DNA from: Mobula hypostoma
Taxonomy: Eukaryota
Reading direction: 5' to 3'
Assembly (NCBI RefSeq): GCF_963921235.1
Contig: NC_086108.1
Coordinates: 83,268,001-83,332,000 of the forward strand
DNA: 64,000 nucleotides
The position numbers were made by a program, and so were the translations under genes. Positions 24,078 to 37,900 of this stretch are shown piece after piece. Positions within the stretch are counted from its first letter, which is position 1. Each line of letters begins with the position of its first letter. The notes below the pieces were generated by a model. The model had not been told where the DNA came from. It saw nothing but the letters and a program-made list of their open reading frames with translations, and ran no database searches.

Positions 24078-25519
24078 ATTGCAGTTCTCTTGCAGACTGC
24101 ATCAGGTTTTCCTCCAGGATTTACCTGCATTTTGCTGCATTCATTTTACCCACTACCTTCACAAGTCTTTCAGGGTCTGCTGCAGTGAAGCATACCCACA
24201 GCATGGTGCAGCTACCACCTTGCTTCACAGTAGGGATGGTATGGTTTTGATGATGTGCAGTGCTTGGCTTACAACAAACATAGCGTTTAGTCTAACGGCC
24301 AGAAAACTCAATTTTGGTTTTATCAGACCATAGAACCTTCTACCAGCTGACTTCAGAGTCTCCCACATGCCTTCCGGCAAACTCTAGCTGAGACTTCAGG
24401 TGAGTTTTTTTTTTAATGTAACAGTGGTTTTCTCTTTGCCATTCTCTCATAAAGCTGCGACTGGTGAAGCACCCAGGCAACAGTTGTTGTACGTGCAGTC
24501 CCTCCCATCTCAGCCACTGAAGCTTGTGACTCCACCAGAGTTGTCATAGGTCTCTTGGTGGCCTCTATCACTAGTCCTCTTCTTGCATAGTCACTCGGTT
24601 TTTCAGGATAGCCTGCTCCAGGCAGATTTACAGCTGTGCCATATTCTTTCCATTTCATGATTATTGATTTAACTGTACTCCAAGGAATATTCAGTGACTT
24701 GGAAATTTTCTAGTAACCATCTCCTGACTTGTGCTTTTCAATAACCTTTTCGTGGAGTTGCTTGGAGTGTTCTTTTGTCTTTATGGTGTAGTTTTTGCCA
24801 GGACACTGACTCACCAGCAGTTGGACCTTCCAGATACAGGTGTAATTTTTTACTACCATCAATTGAAACACCTTGACTGCACACAGGTGATCTCCATTTA
24901 ATTATGTGACTTCTATAACTAATTGGCTGTACCAGTGATAATTTGGTGCATCATATTAAAGAGGAGGGGGTGAACACTTATGCAATCAATTATTTTGTGT
25001 TTTATATTTGTAATTAATTTAGATCACTTTGTAAAGATCTGTTTTCTCTTTGACATGAAATAGTCTTTTTCTGCTGATCAGAATCAATATAAATCAAATA
25101 AATCTACTGTGTTTCAACGTTGTAAAACAATAAAACATGAAAACGTCCGGGGGGGGCGGGGGGGGGGTGGATGAATACTTTTTATAGGCACTGTGTATAT
25201 ACAGAAAGGTGCCAAAATAAAGGGCCAGTAACATCATGAAGCATCCGACAAACCCTGCTCATGGACTGTTTGTCCCAATCCCGTCAGGGAGGAGGGTAGG
25301 TAGCATCTATTGCAGGGCCACCAGACTCAAAAACAGTCACTTTTCTCAAACAGTAAGGCTGATCAACACCTCCACCCACTAACTCCATCACTACTTTATT
25401 ATTTCCCATCACTTACCTTATGTAGAGACTAGCAATACTTCATGGACATACAATGTATATAAGCTATCTTGGGTATTTATAATAATATTTTAATATCGTA
25501 TTATCTTTTATAATGGGTT

Positions 25520-26125
25520 ATAAGGCATTGTAAGGCATTGGTCAGACCACACTTGTATTGTCAGCCATTTTGGGCCCTTTATCTTAAAAAAAATGTACTG
25601 GCATTGGAGAGGTTCCAAAGGAGGTTTACAGGAATGATTCCAGGAATAAAAGGGTTAACATACAAAGAGCATTTAATGGCTCTGAGCCTGTATTTGCTGG
25701 AGTTTAGAAGAATGGGGGGGTGGGGGGGGGGAAGAATCTCATTAAAACCTATAGAATATTGAAAGTATTGAAAGGACTACATAAATTGGATGTGGAACAC
25801 GCGTTTCCCATGGTGGGGGAGTCCAGGACCAGGGGGCAGAGCCTCAGACTGGAGGGACTTCTATTTAGAATAGAGATGATGAGGAATTTCTTTAACTGAA
25901 TAGTAGTGAACTTGTGGAATTCTTTGCCACAGATGTCTGTGGAAGCCAAGTCATTGAGTATATTTAAACCAGAAGTTAATAGGTTCTTGACTACTCAGGG
26001 CATCAAAGGTTACAGGGATAAGGCAGAAAAATGGAGTTGAGAGGGATAATAAATCAGCCATGATGGAATGGTGGAGCAGGCTTAATGGGCTGAATGGCCT
26101 AATTCTGTACCTATATCTTATGGTC
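25520..26125 (+). mobile_element. CR1 3' fragment
   Basis: ORF 25538..25762 (LVRPHL...RRFTGMIPG); tail atatcttatggtct. Confidence 0.8.
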
Positions 26126-26640
26126 TCACCCGCCTCTCCCCCACCCACACTAAAAGCCTCCAATAGACTTAAACCCACAGTCACCATTACAGGTGCAAGA
26201 TCCGTCTTCCGGAGAGAGAATCTGTGGAAAGCATCTGACAAAGATGGTGTCCCTGGCCATGTCCTTAGATCCTGCGCAGATCAGCTTGCGGGAGTTTTTG
26301 TAGTCTTTGTAGCTTCCTCTTGCTTGAATCTGAGGTTCCCACGTGCTTTTAGAAGACCACTAACATTCCACTACCTAAGATAAACAAGGTAATGTGCCTT
26401 AATAACTACCACCCAGTGGTTGTGAGATCTACCATTATAAAGTGCTTCAAGATCTGGTCACTCCAGCTTCCCAGTTAACCTTACCCCACTGCAATTGGCC
26501 TACCACCAAAATAGGTCTATGACAGGCGCCAGCTCCCTGGCACTACACTCATCTCTGGAACATCTGGACAGTAAAAACACCTACATTAGACTGTTTATTG
26601 ACTACATATCCACCTTCAATACTATAATTGCAAGCAAATT
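26126..26640 (+). mobile_element. Rex1/Babar-like RT fragment
   Basis: KASDKDGVPGHVLRSCADQLAGVF; later [12 protein letters not shown] motif. Confidence 0.65.
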
Positions 26641-27082
26641 TTCCTCAGAGAAGTGAAGTCAGATAACAACTATCTGATTTCCACGTACGGGCCTGCCGAA
26701 AGCTACCGTCTGATTTACTCTTCATTTGAAGCTACTGACACTTATTTTTCACCATAAAGTTTTGCCCACCTCATTTCTAACAGCTAGTTTAGTTACATTC
26801 TCTGCTTAATGGTAGACACATCCATCTTAGTCACTGGACAATCCGTTTAACATAACAGCACATACTTATTACAGATTCCCACCATTTCAAAGCTGTGTCT
26901 TGAGAACTTTAGCAAGGAAACATTTGAAATAAAGTGTAATTATATAGTCTCATTCAAAAAAAACCTTGCATGCCTTGTCCTTGAATGGATTACAGAGAAT
27001 GAGTCATTATCACTGTTGAAATAACAATGAAATACCTACACTGAAATTCAAACAAAAGTACAGGAAAATAACGTAGAGCTTA

Positions 27083-27331
<249 letters not shown>

Positions 27332-29007
27332 CTATTAAAGGACAGACATCATTAAACTAGAGAGGGGGTGCAGGACTCAAGGGCCTGAGTTACAGGGTGA
27401 GGGTGAGGGTGCAGGACTCAAGGGCCTGAGTTACAGGGTGAGGGTGAGGGTGAGGGTGGAAAAAAGGTTGAGCAGGCTGGAATGTTACTACTTGGAACGT
27501 AAGAAATTGAGGGGTGACATTAGACATGCACCAGATTGTAAGAGGTAGAGAAGGGGAATTAAAAAACTGGAGAGTATAGGTTTCAGGCAAGAGATGAAAA
27601 ATTTAAAAGGGACTAGAGGGGCAATTTTTTCATGCAAAGGGTTGCGTGTATATGGAATGAGCTGCCAGAGAAAACGGTTGTGGTAGGTCCATTAACAACA
27701 TTTATAACACTTGATTAAGTACAGGGATGGAAGAGTTGAGAGGTATATGAGCCAAACAAGGGCGAATGGTCTAGCTTGGAAGTATCAGGGCCAACATAGA
27801 CATTGGACTAAAGGGCCAATGCTGTATTACTGTATGACTAAATGCCTGAAAGATGAAAATTCCAGATGAGAAAGGCATACGACAGGAGATCTCTCTCATT
27901 TCTCAGGATGTGTTCCTAGGAATGAGGATGCTAAAAGAATCAGTGCTAAAGTAGGTCCTGAGCTCAGTCAAGCTAGGAATCTGCCTCACACTCCTGCCCT
28001 TCCCACCCTACACCAGAAATTTGATTGAGAGCTTAGCCCTTCACTGATGCTATTAAGTGATTAATGGAAAATTATTATTTTGGATCCTCCTAGAACACAA
28101 AAAGAAAATCTGGCTTTTAGATGCTTCACAGTCACATTATAAAATTGTGAATCGATTCATGTTTGCATGTTCTTACTCACCTGCATTTACTCTGGCTTCT
28201 GAACAAAAAGGATGACAAAAATGAAGACAGCACAGAATATACATAAGAATACAAACTGCTGGAGGGACTCAGCATGTCAAGCAACATTTATGGAGACAAA
28301 TAGCTGGACGACATTTGAGTCGAGATCCTGCTTCAAGACAGTTTCAGATTCCCATCTGAAGGCTCTTGCAGTATCAAATTCTATACATGATTTATTTACA
28401 CAATAATATAGGAAAATCATGTTGGATTTATTCTGAATGACATTTAAAAGTGCTACACAACTCCAAAATGTCATGACATTCACCTAACCATTCATGCAAA
28501 GGCTTGCTTGTTTTAAATCATTGCAACATAATACTGTACTGATGCCCACCATTGCTGATTGTAACGGTTTTACAAAATAAAAAAGGGCAAAATATAGCAA
28601 TTAACTATTATCATTTCATTTAATCCAATACCCCTAGGAGGATCTCATACAATGTTTTAGTTTGTCTTGAAATTATTTTCATAAAGTCGATCACCTGGCA
28701 ATGCTGCACTTTTCCTGCCATTAGTTTCTTTTTTCTTTAAGGTGATCTGCTTCATTTGATATATCCCTATTATATTGATTTTTTTTGCATTTCCTTCTGC
28801 CTATTTTTTTTTAATTAAAAAAACTAACCATATCTCCAGCAGATTTTAGTGGTAAAAATGAACAATAAGGAGATTATTGACACATTTCAGATTGCAAGCA
28901 GCTGGCTCAGACTTCCAGAAGCTCTTAGTGATGCAAAAAATAATTAACATAGCTAGAACAATGCAATGCCATATAGGTTAAAAAAAAGGGTACAACAGAC
29001 ATTTTAC

Positions 29008-29063
29008 CTTTTCTGCAAATTCACAAAGGATGTTCTCTGGCTTCAGATCTCTGTGTGCTATAC
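29008..29063 (-). CDS. MKNK1: MKNK1 exon, catalytic loop (GIAHRDLKPENILCEFAEK)
   Basis: aag|GT ATA ... GAA AAG|gtaaaa; 56 nt; HRDLKPEN motif. Confidence 0.97.
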
Positions 29064-29299
29064 CTTCACAAGAATAGTAAAAAGTGGATTACATAAGAGA
29101 AACCCAGTCTAAGGAACCCTGTTAAAAATACTAGATTTTACACTGCATGACATATTTCCCCGCTGCAAGAGTGAAATCTGAAAGTATCTGATCATAACCT
29201 TCCAATCTGTGCAGGATATTTTGAGTGATCAATCTGCATTATTACAATCAAACTTATGCTGCATTCTCCTTCAGCACACAAGTTCTTTGGAGTGAACGA

Positions 29300-29945
29300 T
29301 CAATCACCTGTCCTGGTCCAACAACATTGACACCACAGCCAAGACAAGCTCATGGGTGCTTCAACTTCCTCGGGAGTATGTAGAAATCTAGCATGTCCCC
29401 TTTGACCCTCACCAATTTTTATTAATGCACCAAAGAAAGCATCATTTCCAGATACATCACAGCTTGGGATGGTAACTGCTCTATCCATGATCATAAGAAA
29501 TTGTGGAGAGTTGTGGACACAGCTCAGCCTCCCCTCCATGAACTTGGTCTACACTTCTCACTGCTTTAGTAAAGCAGCCAGCATAATCAGAGTCCCCATC
29601 CACTCCAGACATGCTCTCTTCTGCCCAATGGCACGGGAGAGAAGATACAAAAGCCTGAAAGAATGTCCCACCAGACTCAAGGAAAGCTTGTACCACACTG
29701 ATGCAAGACTATTGAATAACATGCAAGACTATAAGATGGATTCTTGACCTCGTAATCTACCTTCTTGTAATCTTGAACCATATTGTCTACCTGCACTGCA
29801 CTTTCTCTGTAGTTGTTACACTTTGTTCTGGCACTGTGTTGTTTTACCTTGTGCTAACTCAGTACACGATTGTAATGGACTGATCTATATGAACAGTGTG
29901 TATGACAAACTTCTCACTGTACCTTAGGTAGGTGTGCCAATAGTA
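29300..29945 (+). mobile_element. Rex1/Babar-like LINE 3' fragment
   Basis: KAASIIRVPIHSRHALF...RRYKSLK..TRLKES motif in ORF 29469..29747. Confidence 0.65.
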
Positions 29946-31880
29946 CAATCACTGTATTTTTACAGTCAAACATCAATATTTTGAATTTTACTGCAGCATT
30001 ACACATTTTAAATAACTCTCCAGGGGAATATTTGTCACCAGTGTATTTTTCCTTCTTGATTTAGAGACTGTAGTGTAGGAGGTGCTGTGAGAGGAGCTAA
30101 TGTGTGCAACTAGAGTATTTTTAGATGGCACACACTGTAGCTACTTTATGAGCAATGGAGGGAATGATGTTTAGGGTTGTGGAAGGAGTACCCATCAAGC
30201 AGGCTGATTTGTCCATTGCTGAAAATGCATTCATTCAGGAAAGTAGATTGTTTTATCACACTTTGTAACCTTGTAGGCAGTGAAAAGGCTTTGGGCTATC
30301 AGGAGATACCACTGGCCCCACAGATACCCAACTATTACAAGTATAACGCTCTCATAGCTATAGTATTTATAAGATTTGTTCACTGGTCACCCCAAAAGTT
30401 GGTGGGGGATTTCGTGAGCAATATTCAGGGTAATGATAACATTCTTATGACATAGAGTTATTGCTTGGCACTTCCATTGTGTGAATGTTACTTGTTCTTG
30501 AAGTAATAGTTTCCTTTTCTGCTGCAAGAATTCTAAGTTTCTCTCTCTCTTCTCTTAGAGATCTATGATCATGTCCTAAGCCAAGTTATCTCACCTTGTT
30601 TTATCTCTGATGATTTCCCTTTTATAACCAATGAGCCTGAATATCACACTGGGGGTGAGGGGAGGATAAAATTGGATTAGCATAAGATTCATGTAAATAC
30701 GTGCTGATGGCCAGAACGATTATCTGAAGGGTCTGTTTCAATGCTCTATGACTCTTTTCAGATGTTGAGCTTTTAATGTCCATTGAATACTGGAGACTCA
30801 GTGCCTCTAGATACTCCATAAAACACAGAAGCAAAAAAATTTAACTTGTTACAGATGTCACACAGAGCGTAATAAGTTGTATGGTACCTCAGCTATTGGA
30901 CTTTGTTTCGAACAGAAAGCGGGTATAACACTCAAACTCAAGTGTTGGCAAGATGATATGTTACATGGAAGCATTATGGTTAACAAACAAATGATTCCAG
31001 TTACAAAATCAAATATTAAAGGAGAGCTTACTAACTCATTACATTTTCTCTTTTCTCAACTGGTATCAGGATCTATTGCTTGCATGATTTGTGTTTTTTT
31101 TTCCATTTCTCCGCACATCAGGTGTTGGTCTTTTTTTTATTAATTGGGTTCTTTCGGGTTTCTCACTTTGTAATCAAGGTTATATAATTTACACATTTTT
31201 TAATAAATGTACTTTGAAACTTTTAAGGATCTTGGGACATTGCAACCATGAACTGCTTCGTTTGGTCAGAGGGAGCAATTGGAACTGGTTCATGCATAAA
31301 TTCACCAACAGCCACACCTTTGAGCTTATTAAAGTGATTGATGGAGCGACTGAAGGCACTGAAGCCATCAAGAGTTGCCTGAGGAACTCATGCAGTGATA
31401 TCCTGGGACTGTATTGACTAAGCTACTACAACCACAACCATCTTTCCTTGTGTGTGTTCTGACTCCAACAAAAATGACAAGCAGCAACCAGAGATACCAC
31501 AATCAATGGATCAGATCAAAGCTCTGTTGTCCTAACACAACTAGCTGTGAATGGTAATGGTTAGTTAAACAGCTAAAAGGAGAATGAGGCTCCAAGAACA
31601 TTCCCTTCTTCCCAAATGACAGAACACACTATGCGAAGGACAAAGGCAAGAATTATGAATTTGCAACAAATGATCAACCAGAGACACCAAGTTGATCATT
31701 CAGCTCAGCTTCATAATGAGGTCAAGCCATCACGGAAGCTAATCTTCAGCCAATTTGATTCTATCCTTGTGATATCCAGAAATAGAGACGAGCACTGAAC
31801 ATAGTAAAGATCGGGGGGCTAGCAAAAATGTCATGGCTATAGTTCTGAAGTCTTGGACTCCAAAAATTAGTGCACCTCTA

Positions 31881-32105
<225 letters not shown>

Positions 32106-32109
32106 TCAT

Positions 32110-33077
32110 AAATACAAGAGATCAAGCAGGTGCTGGAAATCCAGAGCAACACACACAAAATTCTGGAGGAACTCAGCATGTCAGGTAGCATTTACGGAAA
32201 GGAATAAAGAGCCGGTGTTTTGGGCTGAGATGATGAAGGGTTTGAAATATTGTGGAATATTAGTAGATCAGGTTGGCTATTTGGAAGTTTGGTTGATCGC
32301 TTGGCAAGATGTTTGCAGATGTTTCGGCTCCAATTGAGAAGCCATTATCAGTGCGCAGTTGAGGTTCGTCTCCTCAGAATGCCAGCTTATATACTCCTCC
32401 AGTTTCCGAATGGATATTAATTAGACGCTGTGATTTGGTTGGCTGGTTCAAAACACTGAACAGTTTAGCAGTGAAAGATTCTGACTGGCTAGCTTCAAGG
32501 GAGGTCCATGCAAAAGGCACGACCTACTCTTACTAGTAACAGCACAAGAAAACAAAGGAGGACACCATTTCAACTGGACGACAGCCAGAGACTGTCTCAA
32601 GCAAGAACAAAAAAGAATGAGAATTTCTCAAAGCATGGTTTACTATAGAAGGATTTATCAACGAAAAAAGAGAAACAACAATATCAACAATCAACAGATC
32701 ACCAGTAATCTCGGGATCTGGACAGCGAAGCAAACACTTCCAACTGACCTCCCTTGAAGATGGCCAATCAGAATCTTTTACTGCTAAACTGTTCATGTGT
32801 CTCGAACCAGCCAACCAACCAGATTGCGACACCTAATCAATATCCATTTGGACCCTGGGAGAGTGCATAAACTGGCATTCTGAGCAGACAACACCCTCAA
32901 CTGCGCACTGATGATGGCTTCTCAATTGGTGCCAAAATGTCTGCAAACATTTTGCCAAGCTCAGGCAATCAACCAAACTTTCAAATGATGAAGGGACTTG
33001 GCCTGAAACATCAGCTCTTTATTCCTCTCCATAGATGTTGCCTGACCTGCTGAGTTCCTCCAGCATTTTGTTTGCTT
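32110..33077. mobile_element. Older Penelope-derived palindromic element split by a Penelope insertion
   Basis: Arms 32150-32230 (caaaattctggaggaactcagca...) and 32985-33077 (...tgctgagttcctccagcattttg) are inverted counterparts. Confidence 0.7.
32241..32984 (+). mobile_element. 5'-truncated Penelope-like element: GIY-YIG C-terminal remnant between inverted pLTRs
   Basis: Inverted ~230-bp repeats 32281-32506 / 32746-32984; centre translates with frameshifts to GHHFNW..SQARTK..EFLKAWF..FIN; decayed hammerhead in each repeat; 11-bp TSD atgatgaaggg (32230-32240 / 32985-32995). Confidence 0.75.
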
Positions 33078-33164
33078 TACTCGAAGGTACACTTTAGTTT
33101 TAATTGTGTGGAATACTACTTTGTAAGTCCAAATTTCAGCCCCCAATTCCCAGAAGCAGAACCT

Positions 33165-34926
33165 ATTGGAAACCCTGGGTAATGTAGCCACTTGGGTGAG
33201 GATGTCCTTCAAAGCTAAGTCGTCCAGGTGCATGGTGATCAGAAAGGGCAAAGTTTAGCCTCCAGGTTCAGGGTGAGGTCATCACTTCCATTGAAGATAA
33301 CCCGATAAAATGCTTGGGGAAGTGGTTTAATGTGTCACTGACAGACGGGGCCAATGTCACCAATGCTGTGAAGCTGAAGAAGATCGACAAATCCAGACTT
33401 CCGGGTAAATTCAAGACCTGGCTGTACCAATACGGCATTCTGCCCAGGCTTCTCTGGCTCTTCACACTTTATGAGTTCCCCATGACTGTCGTAGAGGGCA
33501 TTGAGAGGAAAACCAACGAGCATCTGCAGAGATGTTTGGGCGATCCCCCAAGCTTCTCTTCAGTGGGCCTTTACATTTGCTCTGGGCAATTGCAGCTTCC
33601 CCTGTCCTCTGTTGCGGAGGAATTCAAGGTGGCAAAATGCAGAGCTTTATTAAGCTTGAGAGATTCTAATGACGTCTTGGTAAAGCAAGCAGGCGTTACG
33701 ACCAGATCTGGGCGCAAGTGGGCAGCCAACACAGCTGTAGAGCAGGCAGTGTGTTCTCTGAAGCTGCGAGATATCATCGGCAACCCCTGCATCGGGCGAC
33801 AAGGCCTCGGCTCAGTTCACTTCCAGAAGTGGGGAAACGCAAGCATAAGGAACGGGCGAGACATGATACAGGCAGAAGTACAGATCTGTGAGGAAGAGAA
33901 GCGGATTTCAAAGGCAGTGGAGCAAGGGTCCCAGGGTGCCTGGACAAAATGGGATCTGCCTAAGCGCAAGGTCTCATGGGCAGAGTTATGCAGACTGGAA
34001 CCCTTCCGTATTTCCTAACTCTTATGATCCATGTATGACACCCTTCCGTCACCATTACATCTGTACACATGGGTGATTAGAGAGGACCCGAACTGTAAGC
34101 TCTGTGGTCAAAAGGGGACACTGGCTCATATACTGTCCAGGTGTAAAACAGCTCTAATTCAAGGACGGTATAGGTGGCGCCATGATAAGGTGCTTCTGGC
34201 TCTTGCTGACACACTAGAGCGAGAGAGATGCAAGAAGAGAACGGCTGGCACAGATCTGAGGAAGGCCATTACCTTCATCAAAGAGGGCGCTAGGCCTTTC
34301 GTAACCAAACAACCAAAGCCCAATCTGCTGCTAACGGCCAGGTCCTGGGAGATGAAGGTCGATGTGGGAAGGAGGTTGCAGTTCCCGGATGTGGTGCACA
34401 CAACCCTACGCCCGGACATTGTACTGTGGTCAAAGGAAGACAAGAAAATAATTCTGGTTGAGCTGACTGTGCTGTGGGAGGAGGGATGGGAAGAGGCCCA
34501 TGAGAGAAAGGCCTTTAAGTACCAGCCCTTAGTGCAGGAATGTAAAGACAAGGGATGGCTGGCATGGTTGTTCCTTGTGGAGATCGGCTGCAGAGGTTTC
34601 CCAGCCAAATCAGCATGGCGGTTGTTGTCAGATCTGGGCCTGGAGGAAAGGAGCAAAAATCAAGCAGCTCGTAGGATGGGGGAAGAGGCAGAACGAGCTT
34701 CTTGTTGGATTTGGAGTAGGCGAGAGGAGGGGAGCTGGAAGCCAGGAGCAGATGGGCAGTGATTTGGCCACCACTGCCGGCCGACCAACTGGAGAGTGTC
34801 GTGGTTAAGGGTCAAAATACTCGTTTAAGGTTAGGAACCACCTGATGACATCTGCTCCTGGCTGAAGGCTACTGTTACCTTATAAGGTAACTGGAGAATG
34901 CACCCTAACAGGTGTATGTAACAAGT
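33165..34926 (+). mobile_element. HERO-like RLE non-LTR retrotransposon, 5'-truncated copy
   Basis: ORFs 33314..34018 and 34031..34762: CKLC..GTLAHILSRC knuckle, RYRWRHDKVL, LRPDIVLWS...VELTV.WEE (PD-(D/E)xK endonuclease). Confidence 0.85.
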
Positions 34927-37900
34927 TATTTCTGGTTTGTACCAGTGGCTTCCAGGAAAGACTGGATAGCAACGAGGAAGGTCGGTGACACTGGAGAGAC
35001 AGCTGACCACCAGGAAAGACTGGCACGGGCTCACAAGGCTAGCAACCTTGTGGGCAGCACTCGCAAGAGGGCACCACTCAAGCTACGACTGAACACGAAG
35101 AGCAATACCCCCAGAGTCTCCCGGGGGGGGGGGGGTGGAGAGGATGAGAGACTCAACAGGATGGTCATACCGGCAACGGCCAGGACAGGAAACACGACTA
35201 TGAGGAAGCTAAAACAAACAACACTGACCGGAGGAGGAATTCACAGTAAGATGTCATTGCGGGAAAGTCTGCAAAAACATCAGAGGGCTCAAGATACACC
35301 AGAGCAAGTCAGACATGGATCAATGGTGACCCAAGTGCAGCGCACAGACTTAGTGTCCGGTGAGACGAAGGAGAATTCCAGCCGGGAAGCACCCCACAGA
35401 GCTGAAGATCTCTCCACACTTGAGTCGCCTCAGCACCAAACAACAGACCTAGTGAGTTCCTCTTCGGCTACCCCAATCCATTTGTCAAGGAAAGACAGGA
35501 TCAAATGGCCTAGATCATCAGACAATGTCGCGTGGATACAGTTCGATGATGATCTAGATGGCATCCTGGAAGTTGCCTTAGCAGGTCCAGTACACAGAGT
35601 GATCGACTCACTCACAGCCATAGCGTACAATCTAGCTAAGGAATGATTTGGCCCAATGGAGTGGAGAAGCCAGCCCGAGTTACCGCGGCAACCAAATAGG
35701 AGGGAAATGGAGATTCGTCACTTGAGAGGAGAATTAAAGGCACGCAAGAAGAGGTTTAAAACCAGCTCATCGGCCAAAAAAGGTATCAAGGACTTAACCA
35801 GTATGCTGCAGGAAAAGCTGTGCAAACTCCAGAGGGCGGAACATCTGCAACAGCAAAGAAGGAAGAAAGAGAAAAGGCGAGCGCAGTTTGTGAGAGCTCC
35901 ATTCAGCTTCACCAGGACTCTTCTCAGCCAACAAAAATCTGGTATACTATCGAGCTCGAAGCCAGAGGTAGAGGAGTTCCTGCGAGAGGCACACAGTGAC
36001 CCACAGAGGAGTCAGAGACTAGGAACCAATCGGGCTGTGCGTAGACTGGAAAATCCATCAACTGAGCTGAATGTGAAGGAGCCTATATGGCAGGAAATCC
36101 AGGACATCATCAGGAAAGCTAAAGCATCAGCTGCCCCAGGCCCAAGCTGCATACCTTATAAGGTGTATAAGAAATGCCCAAAGTTTCTTCGGAGGCTGTG
36201 GAAGGTCATGAGAAAGATCTGGGCCAAAGGTACTATTCCATCAAGTTGGAAATTGGCAGAGGGATGCTTTATTCCAAAGGAAGAGGCTTCTTCCACAATT
36301 GCCCAGTTTAGGACAATTTCTCTCCTGGATGTGGAATGTAAAATTTTCTTTTCTGTGCTCGCAAGAAGGCTGATTTCTTACATGATGCAGAACCGCTATA
36401 TCAACACATCCATTCGGAAAGGCGGTATTCCAGGCTTTTCGGGGTGTCTGGAGCACACCTCAATGATCAGCCATTTGATCCGTGAGTCAAAGCAGAAAAA
36501 AGGCGACCTAACAGTTGTCTGGTTAGACCTCGTGAACGCCTAGGGGTCTATTCCACATGACCTCATCCGAGAAGGACTTGACCACTACTACATCCAAGTG
36601 GCTATTTGAGACATGTTCATCATCTACCTAGGAGGATTCAAACTCAGATTTACAACTGCCCATTTCACAACTAGTTGGCAGGACCTCCAGAAGAGGATTC
36701 CAACAGGGTGCACCATCTCCTCCATCCTATTTATTATGGGAATGAACCTCCTATTATCAGCAGAACATATAACCCGCGGCCCAACGCTGGAGTCAGGCAT
36801 TGTTCATGGATGACATCATTATAACAACTGTGTCACATGTCCAAGCAAGATGGGTATTGGAAAGCCTGGGTAATGTAGCCACTTGGGCGTGGATGTCCTT
36901 CAAGGCTAAGTCGTCCAGGTGCATGGTGATCAGAAAGGGCAAAGTTACTAGCAAGTTTAGCCTCCAGGTTCAGAGTGAGGTCATCCCTTCCATCGAAGAT
37001 AACCCGATAAAATGCTTGGGGAAGTGGTGAAATGTGTCACTGACAGACGGGGCCAATGTCACCAATGCTGTGAAGCTGAAGAAGATCGACAAATTCAGAC
37101 TTCCGGGTAAATTCAAGACCTGGCTGTACCAATACGGCATTCTGCCCAGGGTTCTCTTGCTCTTCACACTTTATGAGTTCCCCATGACTGTCGTAGAGGG
37201 CATCGAGAGGAAGACCAACAGGCACCTGCGCAGATGGTTGGGAGTTCCCCCAAGCTTCTCTTCAGTGGGCCTCTATATTCGCTCTAGGCAATTGCAGCTT
37301 CCCGTCATCTGTCGCGGAGGAATTCAAGGTGGCAAAATGCAGAGCTTTATTAAGCTTGAGAGATTCTAATGACATCTTGGTAAAGCAAGGAAGTGTTACA
37401 ACCAGATCTGGGTGCAAGTGGGCAGCCAACGCAGCTGTGGAGGAGGCAGTGTGTTCTCTAAAGCTGCAAGATATCATCGGCAACCCCTGCATCGGGCGAC
37501 AAGGCCTCGGCTCAGTTCACTTCCAGAAGTGGGGAAACGCAAGCATAAGGAACAGGCGAGACATGATACAGGCAGAAGTACGGATCCGTGAGGAAGAAAA
37601 GCGGATTTCAAAGGCAGTGGAACAAGGGTCCCAGGGTGCCTGGACAAAATGGGATCTGCCTAAGCGCAAGATCTCATGGGCAGAGTTATGGAGACTGGAG
37701 CCCTTCCGTATTTCCTAACTCTTACGATCCATGTATGACACCTTTCCATCACCATTACATCTGTACACATGGGTGATTAGAGAGGACCCGAACTGTAAGC
37801 TCTGTGGTCAAAAGGGGACACTGGCTCATATACTGTCCAGGTGTAAAACAGCTCTAACTCAAGGATGGTATAGGTGGCACCATGATAAGGTGCTTCTGGC

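Larger units (their letters stand above)
22106..25192 (-). mobile_element. Tc1-like DNA transposon, defective, with two nested inserts
   Basis: ~200-bp inverted termini (aaagtattca... / ...tgaatactttttataggcactg); transposase remnant 24413..24658 (KWKEYGTAVNLPGAG...EATKRPMTTL). Confidence 0.85.

Noticed and set aside
34927..35060. HDV-like ribozyme at the 5' end of the HERO-like element, as in R2
   Set aside because: Two small hairpins are present, but I could not build the nested double pseudoknot or find the conserved L3 and J4/2 nucleotides. An Infernal search would settle it.
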